Below are positions 17,978 to 41,300 of a stretch of 64,000 nt of DNA, one piece after another. Each line of letters begins with the position of its first letter. Positions within the stretch are counted from its first letter, which is position 1. The notes beneath the pieces were generated by a model. The model had not been told where the DNA came from, made no database searches, and was given only the letters and a program-made list of their open reading frames with translations. The position numbers and the translations under genes were made by a program. Source of the DNA: Candidatus Aphodosoma sp. (lineage in GTDB: Bacteria; Bacteroidota; Bacteroidia; Bacteroidales; Paludibacteraceae); contig JAZLDO010000040.1 in NCBI GenBank assembly GCA_045614825.1, forward strand, positions 3,815 to 67,814. Reading direction: 5' to 3'.

Positions 17978-18910
17978 TCATTTACTCATCTCCAACATCC
18001 TATGAATAGGACGCACAGCACGCTCACGTATATCCTCATCCACCTCAATAGCAGGCACCTCATCACGCAAACAAAGATACAATTTCTCAAGAGTATTCAT
18101 TCTCATATAATCACACTCATTCATCGAACAAGCACGACCCGCTGGAGGCACAGGAATAAACTCCTTATCCGAACAACGCTTTTGCATCTCATGCAAAATA
18201 CCCGACTCGGTGCAAACCAAGAATTGAGTAAACTCGCCATCCACAGCATAATTAAGCAATGCTTGAGTTGAACCCACCACATCTGCCAAGTCAGCAATCT
18301 CTTTTTTACATTCAGGGTGTACCAACACCTTAGCCTCAGGATATTGCGCTTTAAGTTCAATCAACTTTTCAAGAGAGAACTGCTCATGCACATGACACGC
18401 ACCATTCCACAACAACATATTTCTGCCCGTAACAGCATTAATATAACCACCAAGATTACGATCAGGACCAAAAATCAACTTAGCATCCTTAGGAAACTGA
18501 TCCACAATCTTACGCGCATTCGTAGATGTCACCACCACATCCGTATGAGCCTTCACCGCAGCCGTAGTATTCACATACGAAATCACCGTATAATCAGGAT
18601 GCTCAGCCACAAACTTACCAAACTCATCAGCATTACAACTATCTGCCAACGAACATCCAGCAGCCAAATCCGGAACAAGAACTTTTTTCTGAGGCGAAAG
18701 AATCTTAGCAGTCTCGCCCATAAAGTGCACACCGCAGACAACCAAAATATCAGCATCCGACTTCTCAGCCCATTGCGCCAACGCAAGACTATCCCCAACA
18801 ACATCAGCCACATCCTGAATTTCACCAACTTGATAATAATGCGCCAAAATCACAGCATTTTTCTCTTTACGCAAACGATTAATTTCCGCAATCAATTGTT
18901 CCTTTTCCAT
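17978..18910 (-). CDS. nadA: Quinolinate synthase
   Basis: 310 aa with ILAHYYQ, VHFMGE and VHPEC, plus conserved Cys ligands in a three-fold repeat. Confidence 0.9.
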   Translation of the reverse strand: MEKEQLIAEINRLRKEKNAVILAHYYQVGEIQDVADVVGDSLALAQWAEKSDADILVVCGVHFMGETAKILSPQKKVLVPDLAAGCSLADSCNADEFGKFVAEHPDYTVISYVNTTAAVKAHTDVVVTSTNARKIVDQFPKDAKLIFGPDRNLGGYINAVTGRNMLLWNGACHVHEQFSLEKLIELKAQYPEAKVLVHPECKKEIADLADVVGSTQALLNYAVDGEFTQFLVCTESGILHEMQKRCSDKEFIPVPPAGRACSMNECDYMRMNTLEKLYLCLRDEVPAIEVDEDIRERAVRPIHRMLEMSK

Positions 18911-18985
18911 AGTATTCCAATTTAAAAAATTATAACCAAAAAATACAATAAGCCCCCTACAAAACCATCAAAACATATAACATGC

Positions 18986-18993
18986 AAAGTTAC
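18986..18993 (-). promoter_or_regulatory. -7 box TAACTTTG upstream of the nadA operon
   Basis: CAAAGTTA on the plus strand, 76 nt before the nadA ATG. Confidence 0.6.
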
Positions 18994-19095
18994 TATTTTA
19001 TTTTGATATAACAAAAAAAAATCAACAAACCATACACAAAACACAAACACCCACCACACCCAAAAAACAAATTTGCCAAAACAAAAAAAAATTCG

Positions 19096-19103
19096 TAACT
19101 TTG
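19096..19103 (+). promoter_or_regulatory. -7 box TAACTTTG upstream of ychF
   Basis: 35 nt before the ATG. Confidence 0.65.
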
Positions 19104-19137
19104 CACTCCATAATAATTAACTACACACTAAAATAAA

Positions 19138-20241
19138 ATGGCATTACAATGTGGTATCGTAGGGTTGCCAAACATCGGTAAATCAACCCTTTTCAACTGT
19201 CTTTCAAACGCAAAAGCCCAATCGGCTAACTTCCCATTCTGTACAATCGAACCTAACGTAGGCGTAATCACCGTACCTGACGAACGCCTCAACAAACTCG
19301 CTGAACTTGTTAATCCTCAACGCATAGTACCTACTACTGTCGAAATCGTCGACATCGCTGGTCTCGTAAAAGGTGCTTCTAAAGGCGAAGGTCTCGGCAA
19401 TAAATTCCTTGCGAATATCCGCGAAACAGATGCTATTCTACACGTACTTCGCTGTTTTGACGATCCTAACGTCGTGCACGTTGACGGCTCGGTTGACCCT
19501 ATACGCGACAAAGAAATCATCGATGCTGAGCTCCAACTCAAAGACCTCGAAACTGTAGATTCTCGCATCCAAAAAGTACAAAAACAAGCACAAACCGGAG
19601 GCGACAAACAAGCTAAACAAATCTACGAAGTACTCGTAAAATATAAAGCTGCCCTCGAACAAGGTCTCTCGGCTCGTACTGTAACTTTCGACAATAAAGA
19701 TGACGAAAAAATCGCTCGCGAACTCTTCCTTCTCACTGCAAAACCTGTCCTTTACGTATGTAATGTTGACGAAAGCAGTGCTGCAACTGGCAACGAATAT
19801 GTGGAACGCGTACGCGAAGTAGCAAAACAAGAAGGTGCCGAAGTGCTCGTTATTGCAGCCAAAATCGAAAGCGAAATCGCCGAATTCGAAACATACGAAG
19901 AACGCCAAATGTTCCTCGCCGAAATCGGACTCGAAGAATCAGGCGTAGCCCGCCTCATCAAATCGGCTTACGCACTTCTTCGCCTCAAAACATACTTCAC
20001 TGCGGGCGTTCAAGAGGTTCGCGCTTGGACTTTTCACGATGGATGGAAAGCTCCACAATGTGCTGGCGTAATCCACACTGATTTCGAAAAAGGCTTCATC
20101 CGCGCCGAAGTAATCAAATACGAAGACTTCCTCTCTTACGGCTCAGAAGCAGCAGTGAAAGAAGCTGGCAAAATGGGTGTCGAAGGTAAAGAATACATCG
20201 TTCAAGATGGCGACATCATGCACTTCCGCTTCAACGTATAA
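19138..20241 (+). CDS. ychF: Ribosome-binding ATPase YchF
   Basis: 367 aa with G1 GLPNIGKST and the C-terminal TGS-like end [11 protein letters not shown]. Confidence 0.93.
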   Translation: MALQCGIVGLPNIGKSTLFNCLSNAKAQSANFPFCTIEPNVGVITVPDERLNKLAELVNPQRIVPTTVEIVDIAGLVKGASKGEGLGNKFLANIRETDAILHVLRCFDDPNVVHVDGSVDPIRDKEIIDAELQLKDLETVDSRIQKVQKQAQTGGDKQAKQIYEVLVKYKAALEQGLSARTVTFDNKDDEKIARELFLLTAKPVLYVCNVDESSAATGNEYVERVREVAKQEGAEVLVIAAKIESEIAEFETYEERQMFLAEIGLEESGVARLIKSAYALLRLKTYFTAGVQEVRAWTFHDGWKAPQCAGVIHTDFEKGFIRAEVIKYEDFLSYGSEAAVKEAGKMGVEGKEYIVQDGDIMHFRFNV

Positions 20242-20264
20242 AACAACTATAAACACTATATCAC

Positions 20265-20305
20265 AAAAAATCCCCTGATACACATCAATATCAGGGGATT
20301 TTTTT
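20265..20305. terminator. Bidirectional intrinsic terminator (ychF / small Cys-rich gene)
   Basis: AAAAAATCCCCTGATA-CACATCAA-TATCAGGGGATTTTTTT. Confidence 0.85.
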
Positions 20306-20318
20306 ATTAAACAAAACC

Positions 20319-20816
20319 TTATTTTTTAGAGCATGTCGAAGAACATGGTTTTTGGCAACTTGTAGATCTTTCGCCTCCTCGATGACAAGCAGATCTATCT
20401 CCTCTTGGAGCTTGACGCATTTCACAATCCATTCTTTTTACTTTCATTATTTCAAGATATTGAATATAACGATCATCACCCAAAATCTTACGTAACTCTG
20501 CATTACACTCATTGCGACACTCTTCTTTAGTCATCGGATTAGCAGTCACTTTTCTCTTATCACATTTAGTATAATGCGATTTATAGAATGACAACAATTG
20601 TTCACGTTCTGCGCTAGTCAAATCCTTAATAATACGAGACAATCTATCTACTTGCATCATTGCACGTGTTTCTGGCGAATATACACAACTACGCTTAACA
20701 CACTCTTTTTGACATTGACCTACTTGTTGTGAAGTACATGTTTTTTGTTGTGGACATTGAGCCATCAAACCCATTGTCATCATTACTGCCATTACGGCTA
20801 CTAAAATCTTCTTCAT
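20319..20816 (-). CDS. Hypothetical small secreted Cys-rich protein
   Basis: 165 aa with signal peptide ...GLMAQ/C. Cys-rich ends flank a helical core with LTxxE/Q-like motifs (DLTSAEREQLLSFY), which weakly resembles Spy/CpxP-type periplasmic proteins. Confidence 0.6.
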   Translation of the reverse strand: MKKILVAVMAVMMTMGLMAQCPQQKTCTSQQVGQCQKECVKRSCVYSPETRAMMQVDRLSRIIKDLTSAEREQLLSFYKSHYTKCDKRKVTANPMTKEECRNECNAELRKILGDDRYIQYLEIMKVKRMDCEMRQAPRGDRSACHRGGERSTSCQKPCSSTCSKK

Positions 20817-20857
20817 AATAATCGATTTAATTTAATTAATACTCAATTTATGAAATA

Positions 20858-20911
20858 GCAAAATCCGCGGTATCTTTGCTATTTTCTACCTTTTTGACCC
20901 GCAGATTTTGC
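20858..20911 (-). terminator. Long-loop hairpin just downstream of the 3739-aa gene
   Basis: GCAAAATCCGCGG ...28 nt... CCGCAGATTTTGC, a 13-bp stem with one mismatch. Confidence 0.4.
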
Positions 20912-20917
20912 AAAAGT

Positions 20918-32137
<11,220 letters not shown>

Positions 32138-32181
32138 ATAATTAAAAATAATTTATCACAAAAAAATAACACAATACGATG

Positions 32182-32189
32182 CAAAGATA
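32182..32189 (-). promoter_or_regulatory. -7 box TATCTTTG upstream of the 3739-aa gene
   Basis: CAAAGATA on the plus strand, 45 nt before the ATG at 32137. It lies after the terminator of the upstream giant gene. Confidence 0.6.
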
Positions 32190-32331
32190 CAAAAAAAATC
32201 ATAAAAAACAATATTTTTGTTTATTTTAATATATTTTTAACTATTGCTGTCCGCTAAAAAATAAATTAATTGTCTAAAAGGATAATAGGTAAAGGAAATT
32301 TACTGGACAGTAATATTTTACTATACACTAA

Positions 32332-32369
32332 AAAAATCCGTTTTTACAATTATGCAAAAACGGATTTTT
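32332..32369. terminator. Intrinsic terminator downstream of the 3445-aa gene
   Basis: AAAAATCCGTTTTT-ACAATTATGC-AAAAACGGATTTTT, 10 nt after the stop codon. Confidence 0.8.
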
Positions 32370-32378
32370 CATTATTTA

Positions 32379-35300
32379 TTATTGAACCACAACGATTCGA
32401 CCCAGATGGATAGCACCTGTACCATCTATCACCCTAACAAGATAAACTCCTGTTGTTGGCAATCCTTCTACCTCTATAGGATAAGTGGTTGGAGTATGTC
32501 GCAATACTACTTTACCCGTAGCGTCAACAACCTCTAACATCAAGCCCCGTTGCTCTTCAGCTGTCCACTCACGATTAATATATGTAGTCGAACCACCCAA
32601 TATAGGGTTTGGCGCTATAACTAAAGACAACACATAAATATCATCGATACCAGTGCCAACTTCAAGCGTGAGATTAACAATCGAGTCACAACCTGCTGCA
32701 GATGTAAACACTTCACGATATTTACCTGCTTTAGTCAATGATTTTTCGCCAAACTCATAGAACTCGCCTTCTGCGATATAAACAATTGTATCAATTTCTA
32801 TTGTTTCTACATAATCGACATAAATATGTACGACCGAATCACACTTATCAGGATAAGAGAATCTTTGAATCAACATCGTATCTTGATATATTGCCAATTT
32901 ATTATAGCCATAACCAGTATATAGTTCACCTTCACAAATATAGTCGTTCTCAATTGTTGGCTCTGGTTCTACTACTGCAAGATGGAGATGTACTGTCGAG
33001 TCGCAACGCAATACGTTTTGGAACACACGTGTAAAATCACCTGCATCTGTCAATATTGTATCAAGGAATTGATAAGTAGATCCAAGACAAATTGTATCGT
33101 AAACTTCAACTTCAGCAGGAAGAACTGTTAATTCCATCACCTCTACCGAATCACATCCTCTGTTAGTTGAATACACTCGCTCGTAACGACCTGATGTAGT
33201 CAAAACAGTATCGAGCCACTCTACTTTATCACCTTCGCACACTAAACGTGTTTCAACAAAATATTTAGGTATTACACTCATAGTGAGTGTGATGATTGAG
33301 TCACAACCTCGACTATTAACCAATGTATCAGTATAAATACCAGCTTCAGTGATAGCTTCATTACCCAACATATAGACGTCCCCTTCGCAAATAGTATCTG
33401 AAATTGCGTATGCAGTTGGCAATACTGTCAATTTAAGACGAACTATACTATCGCAACCACAAGCCGATGTGAGGCGAGCTTCATAATAACCTTCGACTAC
33501 AAGGTTTTTATTCTCGAAAGGAGCTTTATTATACACCTCGCCTTCACAAATAGTGTCATTATACTGATATGTACCAGATGAATTCATTGTCAAATGCAAA
33601 GTTTTCAATGTATCGCACTCACCTACACCACTTGCTTCACACAACATAGTCAATCTGTTTTCTCCTACTTTCAATTTCGAAGAATTAACTTCAAAACCAT
33701 AACGTGAATAAGTAACGGTTCCTTGTAGCGGTTCACAGATAACATCTTCGTAAACTACATTATCAACGTAGCAAATCACTCTGACATCATCGACATAAAC
33801 ATGTGCCGAAGAAGCTTTTGATGCTGTTGAATAGAAGCCAATTTTTATCTCTTTGCCGTTATAGTCTGACAAATCATAACGAGCCAACTCCCAATTATTA
33901 TCTGTACCACCAAAACTATCTAACGTATCAGTTGCAGTAGCTGTAATGACAACTACTTTCAACTGCTCTGTTGGCGAACTATTAGCATAACGGAACGATA
34001 GACTATAATTGCCATCTAACATAATTGATGGTGTTTCCAAAGTTGCATAGCCATTGGTTGATGCACACGACATTCTAACGCAATTGCCATATTCTGAGCT
34101 AATATAACTATAATCATCAATCTTGAATACTGCCCAATTATAGATATTCTCTACTAATGATGTATGTGTTGTATTATCCCAGCACAAAGGTATTTTAGTC
34201 AACTCTTCGCCTTCGAAATCTTCGATAAATGGTGGATAAACCACACCACACATTGTATTGAATACTAATTCAGCCCAATCTGATACAACTCCGTCTTTTA
34301 TTGCTCTAACTCGTGCTTTATATGATGTTGATGCATGCAACCCAGTGATTGAAGCTTTTGTGTCGCTCACTTGGATGGTGTTCACCACCACATTACCTTG
34401 CATAATTTCTACATCATAAAGATCTCCATTGCCCAACCAACAGAGTTCTACACTCGACTCTGTAACTGCATCAACTAATAAATTAACTGGAGTACCCACT
34501 GCTAATGCCTCTACACTGAAGTCATCAATCATCACATTCCATGAAGATGATGACACCTCTCCTTCAATACCTAATTGATATACTCCACTCTCTTCAACAA
34601 AGAGTTCTGCTGCAATTTTTTGATAACCAATATTGCCAACCTCTTCGCGAACTAATATTTCCACCTCACGTTGTGCATTGACAGTTGAAACTAAACTTAC
34701 GTATGCCGACGTTCTATCACTTTGACGAGCATAAACTGAAACTTTATAATATTTACCACCTTCAAGAGCAAAGTCGCGCATAACACGGTTTTTGTTAAAT
34801 CCGCCACGACTTGACAAACTCATGAATTTACTACCTGAATTTGCTGACGCTACTACGCTTGCATCTACGTTGTTAATCAACCAACGATTAGAACCAGACT
34901 CATGATCCTCGGTCCAACAATTACTAAATACATCATTGTCAGAATATGTTTCAAAATCTTCTACAAACAAACCTCCTTCATTGATCACAACGGCTTCGCA
35001 TGTTGTAGTAAATGTAAGTGTTGACCATGGCGATTCCACATCTCCATCACACACTGGACGCACTTTCAACTGGTACTCTGTGTTCGCAACCAAACCACCT
35101 AAACTAATACTATCGCCTGAAACGATACCACTCTCAGTGCCTAATTCCCATTCAACTTCACCAGAACCTGAATTAACGAAATCAACAATTACCGAATCGG
35201 TAGCTACATAACGTAAACTCAAATTGCTCACAACACCACATTCGAATCGTTCAATTCGTATATTATCAATTGACAATGGAGGATTGCTGGCTCCGCTAAC

Positions 35301-38300
35301 GTCATTAGACCATTGCACTACCAAATTATAATTGGTAGGCTCATCGATAGAAACAATAGTTGACTCACTAGTCCAAGCTGGCGAACCTTCCAATTTATCA
35401 TTTTCGTGCAATCTGATATATGTCTCAAGGTTCAACTCATCAGCACCTATTTTATTGCCAGCTGTAACATAAATGTCCATCGGAGCTAAGAATACTCGTC
35501 CAAAATCTCTATTCTCTTCGCCATTAGATTTCCAATCATAAGAGATGATATAATCACCTGCTTCGAACAAGAATGTACGATATGCATAGATGTTTGAACT
35601 TCCATAGTCATAATAGCCATAAACCCCTGTTGCATCAGCTACATACAATGCTTTTTCGCCTGTTTTAACTGAATTGTTGCTATTGCCTGCTATGACAAAT
35701 TTTAGTTGTTCATTCTTAAGTATCCATTCGCTATTCTCTTCATCTTCTTCAAATCCACATATATATGGCAACTCTGGCACATCTTTCATTGTGATAAACT
35801 CTTTTTCAACCCAATCGGTAGCTGTTTGATCTTCACCACAAATCGTACGCATACGCAAAACATATTTAGTGCTACGAGCCAAATCTTTCAATACTAATTG
35901 CTCTGTCAGTGTATCAACATCAAACTTATTGATACCAAGCTCTGAACTCAATTCACATTCATACTTAACAGCTGCTGGTGCATGATTCCATACTGCTACG
36001 GCAAAGGTATCTCCCAACATTTGTATTTTCAAATCAGTAGGAGCGAAACATTCAGGAGCTTTTGAAACTACAATATTGTCAATATATACACTGCTCGTCT
36101 TTGTTGTTCCCTTGAATACGATATACTTGCCCTCTACTTTATAACTTGAAAAATCAATTTGCACTTGTCGCAATAATGAAGAAGCATACAATTCTTTAAC
36201 TTCAACAAATGTTGATTCGTCACTCAAATCACTTTGCAAACCTATTTTGTAGTATGTACCTCCCGACGGGTTGCATGAATTGAATAATATCTGCAATCTT
36301 TCGCCTGGCAAGTTAAATTCTGGCAATGCTAATGCCACATCTTTGTAGAGATGCAATACCTGCTTATCTCCTTCTCCATTACCTGCACGACTCAATTTTG
36401 GATACTCTACACCTAACTCTACCACCGAATTCAATCGTGTATAGCATGATGGGAATGCCATAGGATGATTACCATATGAATTGAACGACTCACTATACAT
36501 CGTTACATCATCGATTGTATAAACATCGCATCGTGTACCAAACAACATAGGTTGAACCCACTCGCCTGTATCAGTGCCACACACACTGCGTGCATATACT
36601 ATATAGTTAGCCCCCTTAGTCAAATCTGTCAACTCTATTGTATCAAGAACACTAACAATACGTGACATCGAATCAAGATCTTGCGTTGCCAAACCATACG
36701 CTAATTGCACTGCGTCTGACTGATATTTCACTGCAACAACCGCCGATGTTTCGTCGGTCGAAATCAACTCTATAGCACGAACATCTGGACATCCTTGAAC
36801 CTCTTCTATCTTAATATTATCTATACATGCATCACCATTATCATACAATGTAGGTCCAACTTTTATTGCAATACGTGCATTTGCAAACTCTGATTCCAAA
36901 ACATTGAATGGAATTCTAACTGTCTCAAACACCTCTTTGTCATTGACATCTTTACGAGGAACGAACGATGGCAATGTAACAACCTCAACAAAAGATGCTG
37001 GATTTGTAGCATCAGTCATCACTCCTACTACAATGTCTGGAGCATAATATGATGTCTGTTTCGACATATAATCCATTGTCAACTGCAACGATGTAGTTGG
37101 AATCTCGAACTGAGGCATAATGACAAACATTGGATAATCCTTAGATGGGAACATCTGTAGCGACTGCTCGCCATCTGAATAGGTTGACCAACTGAGTCCA
37201 CAACTTGGACGCCATTGTTCTGCTGGTTTTTCTGAGAATATTGTATAACAACCCTCATTCACATTGCTAATTTCTTCAAAACTATCATAATATGGTATTG
37301 AGTTAATATCCGCACACAATGTTTTAAACTCAATTTCTCGCCATGAACTTTGCTTGTCGCCACAATTAGTACGAACCTTAAGCGCATAGTTAGTGAATCC
37401 TTTAAGATTATTAATAGTGAATGGATTTTCTGTTACATCAACAATCTCTTCTTCTACAAATCCTTCTTTATTCTTCTCTACTACAACATATTGCCAAGCT
37501 GTTGCTCCTGTTGTATCATTTACTTCTATCGTTACTGAATTACCTCCAATTCCTCTCAAATTCAATGATACTGGACGCATACAGCTCTCTAATTTCTCTA
37601 ACTCAAAACGATTAATAACAACATACGATGTCTCAATGCCCGATGCTGTTGCCTCTATCGATATACGCACAATATTACCTACATAAGCACTCAAGTCAAA
37701 TGTCAATTTTGTGTAATTTGGCAACTCTTTATACCCTTTGCCCAAGACTATTGGATATGTCTCTCCTCCATCTATCGACAATTTTATCGTAACTGTGTCG
37801 GCATAACTATTTGCCAAATTAATTGTCATAACTGCTCCTTCTGTATCACGTAAATCGAATTTTGGAGTCAATATTGTAGCTTTTTCGCCCTCTTTGTTTT
37901 TCTCATTTGTTGGGAAATAGATACGATTATCTCGCTCTACAAACCAACCTCCATTATCCAAATTCTCCCAACACAATGGTATCTCACCATAAGAATAGCC
38001 AGTAAAGTCTTCTAAGTAAGGTAATGCCCACACGCCACACTCGGTAGTAACTGTTCCAACATTAGCTGCTTCGCTCAATTCCGACTCTGAACATACCGAT
38101 TGAATTGTGAAGTCATAAGCTGTTGAGTGCAATAAATTCTCAACTGTCGCTGGATTTGTATTTACTATTGTATCAACCGAAACATGCTCACCACGTTTGC
38201 CTACGATACGCCAACTGCTCTCTTCCCCTTTCGATGTCCAACCTATTGTACAACTATTCTCTGTTACTTCCAAGATTGTTGTTTCTACTGGTTGCTTGCA

Positions 38301-41300
38301 TGTTGGTGCCAATTTTATCTCTACATCATCAAGGCAGAACGAAACATCATCTTGTGGCAAATAAATCACAACATGTTTTGCATCCTTAACATGTTCATAA
38401 TCCGATGTATGCAAATCATTGAAATAAAAACTGAATTTTTCCCACTTCATAGCTTTTTGCACATGATATGTTCCTATAGGCTCAAATCCAGAAGAAATAT
38501 CATCAATTGATGTTGTTACACCTATCGAAATATCCTGATCTGCAGCTGAAGCATAAATCCAACCTTCTATCATATAATCAGCCAATGACTCTACCGCTAA
38601 CTCTGGAGTTACAACAATTGCTTTCGACAAACTCAATGAGTAGTTGCCATCATGCTTTGGATATGTGATTTGATTAACATTTTGATACTCTCCCAAGAAT
38701 ATCCAACAATTAATATCATATTCAAATCCATCTGTCATTGGTAATGATTGTGCCGAACATCTTGTACGGAATGTTCTCACTTCGCTCCATGAGCTCTCTT
38801 CATCTTCACTACACAACGATTTTATTGCATAATAATACTCTTTGTTAGAATCTAAATTCTCTAAATCAGTATATTCTGCAGTAATCTCACCATAGAATAC
38901 ATTACCCATCACGCCTTCTGGTGTAAATGAGAAATCATTAACACTCAACAACCACTTGCCTGCATTCATATCTGTTACTTTAATCGCAGCCGAATTGCTG
39001 GTCAAATTGGCTACTCCCGTTGTAGGAGGCACACAACTTACCTCTTCTATCTTTATATCATCTATACCTATATTAGCCCCTGCATATACTTTTATACCAA
39101 AATAATAAATTCCATCTTCTGGCACTTGGAAATAACCTAAATGCTTAGTCCACTCTTCTTGTATTATCTCTTCAAACAACACAGGTTGCAAACTATCTAC
39201 CACTGGTATTTTAGTATAAGCCAACGATATATGACTTGACGAACTACCACCTTGTATTGCATAAGCCGAGAATTCATAATAAACACCAGCTTTCAACTTC
39301 AATGGTCGATACATCACTGCCGATACACCCGAACTCATCCAAGCATACAACTGACCTGAATTTGCCACCATCGATTGATGTGTTGCATCGCGTTTTTCTG
39401 TTCTGAAATAACCACCTCCATCTTCACGCAAATAGCAACCTGCCAATTGCTGTGCCTCTTGGAACTCCTCAAAGCCTTCCTCTAATGGAGTTGTTTTTGT
39501 TACCTCAAATGGTGTACAATGTGTCTTGATAGTTATTTTTTTAGATGACCAAGCACCCTTCACATTACCACACACCATACGAACATAAACATCATATTCT
39601 GTATCAGTCGATAAACCCGTAACGTCTATAACAGCACTCTCCGATGATATTACCTTACCTGCATCTGGAGCAATTCCAACACCAGTAAAACTTACTTCAC
39701 ACGCAGTCACTCCCTCATCAAGAATCTCTACCTGTGCTGTATATGATGTTACATGATTAATTTTGAAGTCATTGATATTATCACATGCTGGCTTTTCCGA
39801 CACTATCACCTTGTCAATATAATCATGTGCCGAAGTAAACTCTACAGACGTCTGTACAAACAACAAATATTTATTACCAACAGCATCAAAATCTGCTTTA
39901 TATTGATAATAGCCTTTTTTAGTCTCAGCAGGTGTCTCGGTATATGATGTTGGAATATACAACAACTCCTCTGCTCCAACTGTATCTGGCGTGTCATTCA
40001 ACATAACCTTAATACCTCCATCTCCAAAGTTTCGCATCATCATAAACGAAATACGATACTCTTTGTTTTCAGTAAATTTGAACTGAGGTGTCACCAATGC
40101 TTGACCATTACCTGGAGCCTCCAACTGCACACCTGCACCTTCATACATATATTCGGTACGTTCATGTCTTTCTATACTACCTTCTGGAGATGTAGTACTC
40201 CAACATACAGGAGGGAAAGTTGTACCTTCAAAGTTCTCTTCGTATGGCAAAGTTGATACAACATCACACTCTGTCATAAATCTATAATCAAACTCTACCC
40301 AAACCGAAGTGTCGCCCACTCCACAATAACTTGCCACTTTACCCGCAATACGATATTCTGTAGAGTGTGTCAATCCCGACAATTTAAACTCTGGAGCACC
40401 CGACACTGTCTCTTTGCCCGACTTGATTGTTGCAAAATTATCAGGATTTGTCAATCTATAACTTACAACCCAAGAATTTTCATCTTTTCCTTTTGCCCAT
40501 TTCAAACCAAATTCTGTTTGCGTTGGAGCAATCATCTCTATATCTTTAATTTTACGACATGTTGGAGCATCATACACTCTAATATCATCTACATACAAAT
40601 CATACCCTTTTGGCTGAGATTCTGCTTCAATCATAAAATAAACCTCTCCGCTCAATGGAATATTGTAATCGTATTGATACCAACCTGGTGCCTCTACTTG
40701 TGGAGCATGAAACATCGATACATTGATTTCATCCAATACTGTTGCTCCCAATGTGTCTGGTCTATTATTAACTAAGACTCTGAATTTCTCTGGATATACA
40801 ACTCCATCAACCATCACCTCTTTGTCGTGTCTAAATACCCAGAATGAAACATCGTACGAACCTGCAACTTCCATTTGCATCGCTTGTGTGATAATTGCTG
40901 TACGTGTTCCGCCTTTTGTGGCTCTAAATCTCAATACTTTTTGTCCATCTTTTGCTCTATTTTCATAAGAAGCTCCACTATACAAAGACGAAAATGCTGT
41001 TGTATAAATATCCACTCCTTGATCGCCATAATCATCTCCCTCTCCATATCCCTTTACAAATTGCTTAACTTGCCAACAATCTGGAATCAAGCTGTTTGCC
41101 GCCTCGAAACTTTCAGCAAATACATTCGATGCCATAACGTCGCATGCTGTCGTGAATTCCACAGGCAAACTCCATTCTCCTCCCTCCGTTCCAGCACATT
41201 TCGAACGCACTCTAACACTATATCTTGTATTTCCTTCTAATCCTGAAATTGAAACTAATGGTGAAGTTGCCGAAAATTCTTCGCTCTTTATAACTACACT

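Noticed and set aside
16410-18925. Several long plus-strand ORFs (162, 109, 152, 169, 89 and 202 aa) across dapB, aroB and nadA
   Set aside because: They are antisense to genes with clear enzyme motifs. The plus strand here is very G-poor, so TAG/TGA are rare and long spurious ORFs arise. Their translations are low-complexity (P/T/H/N/I-rich).
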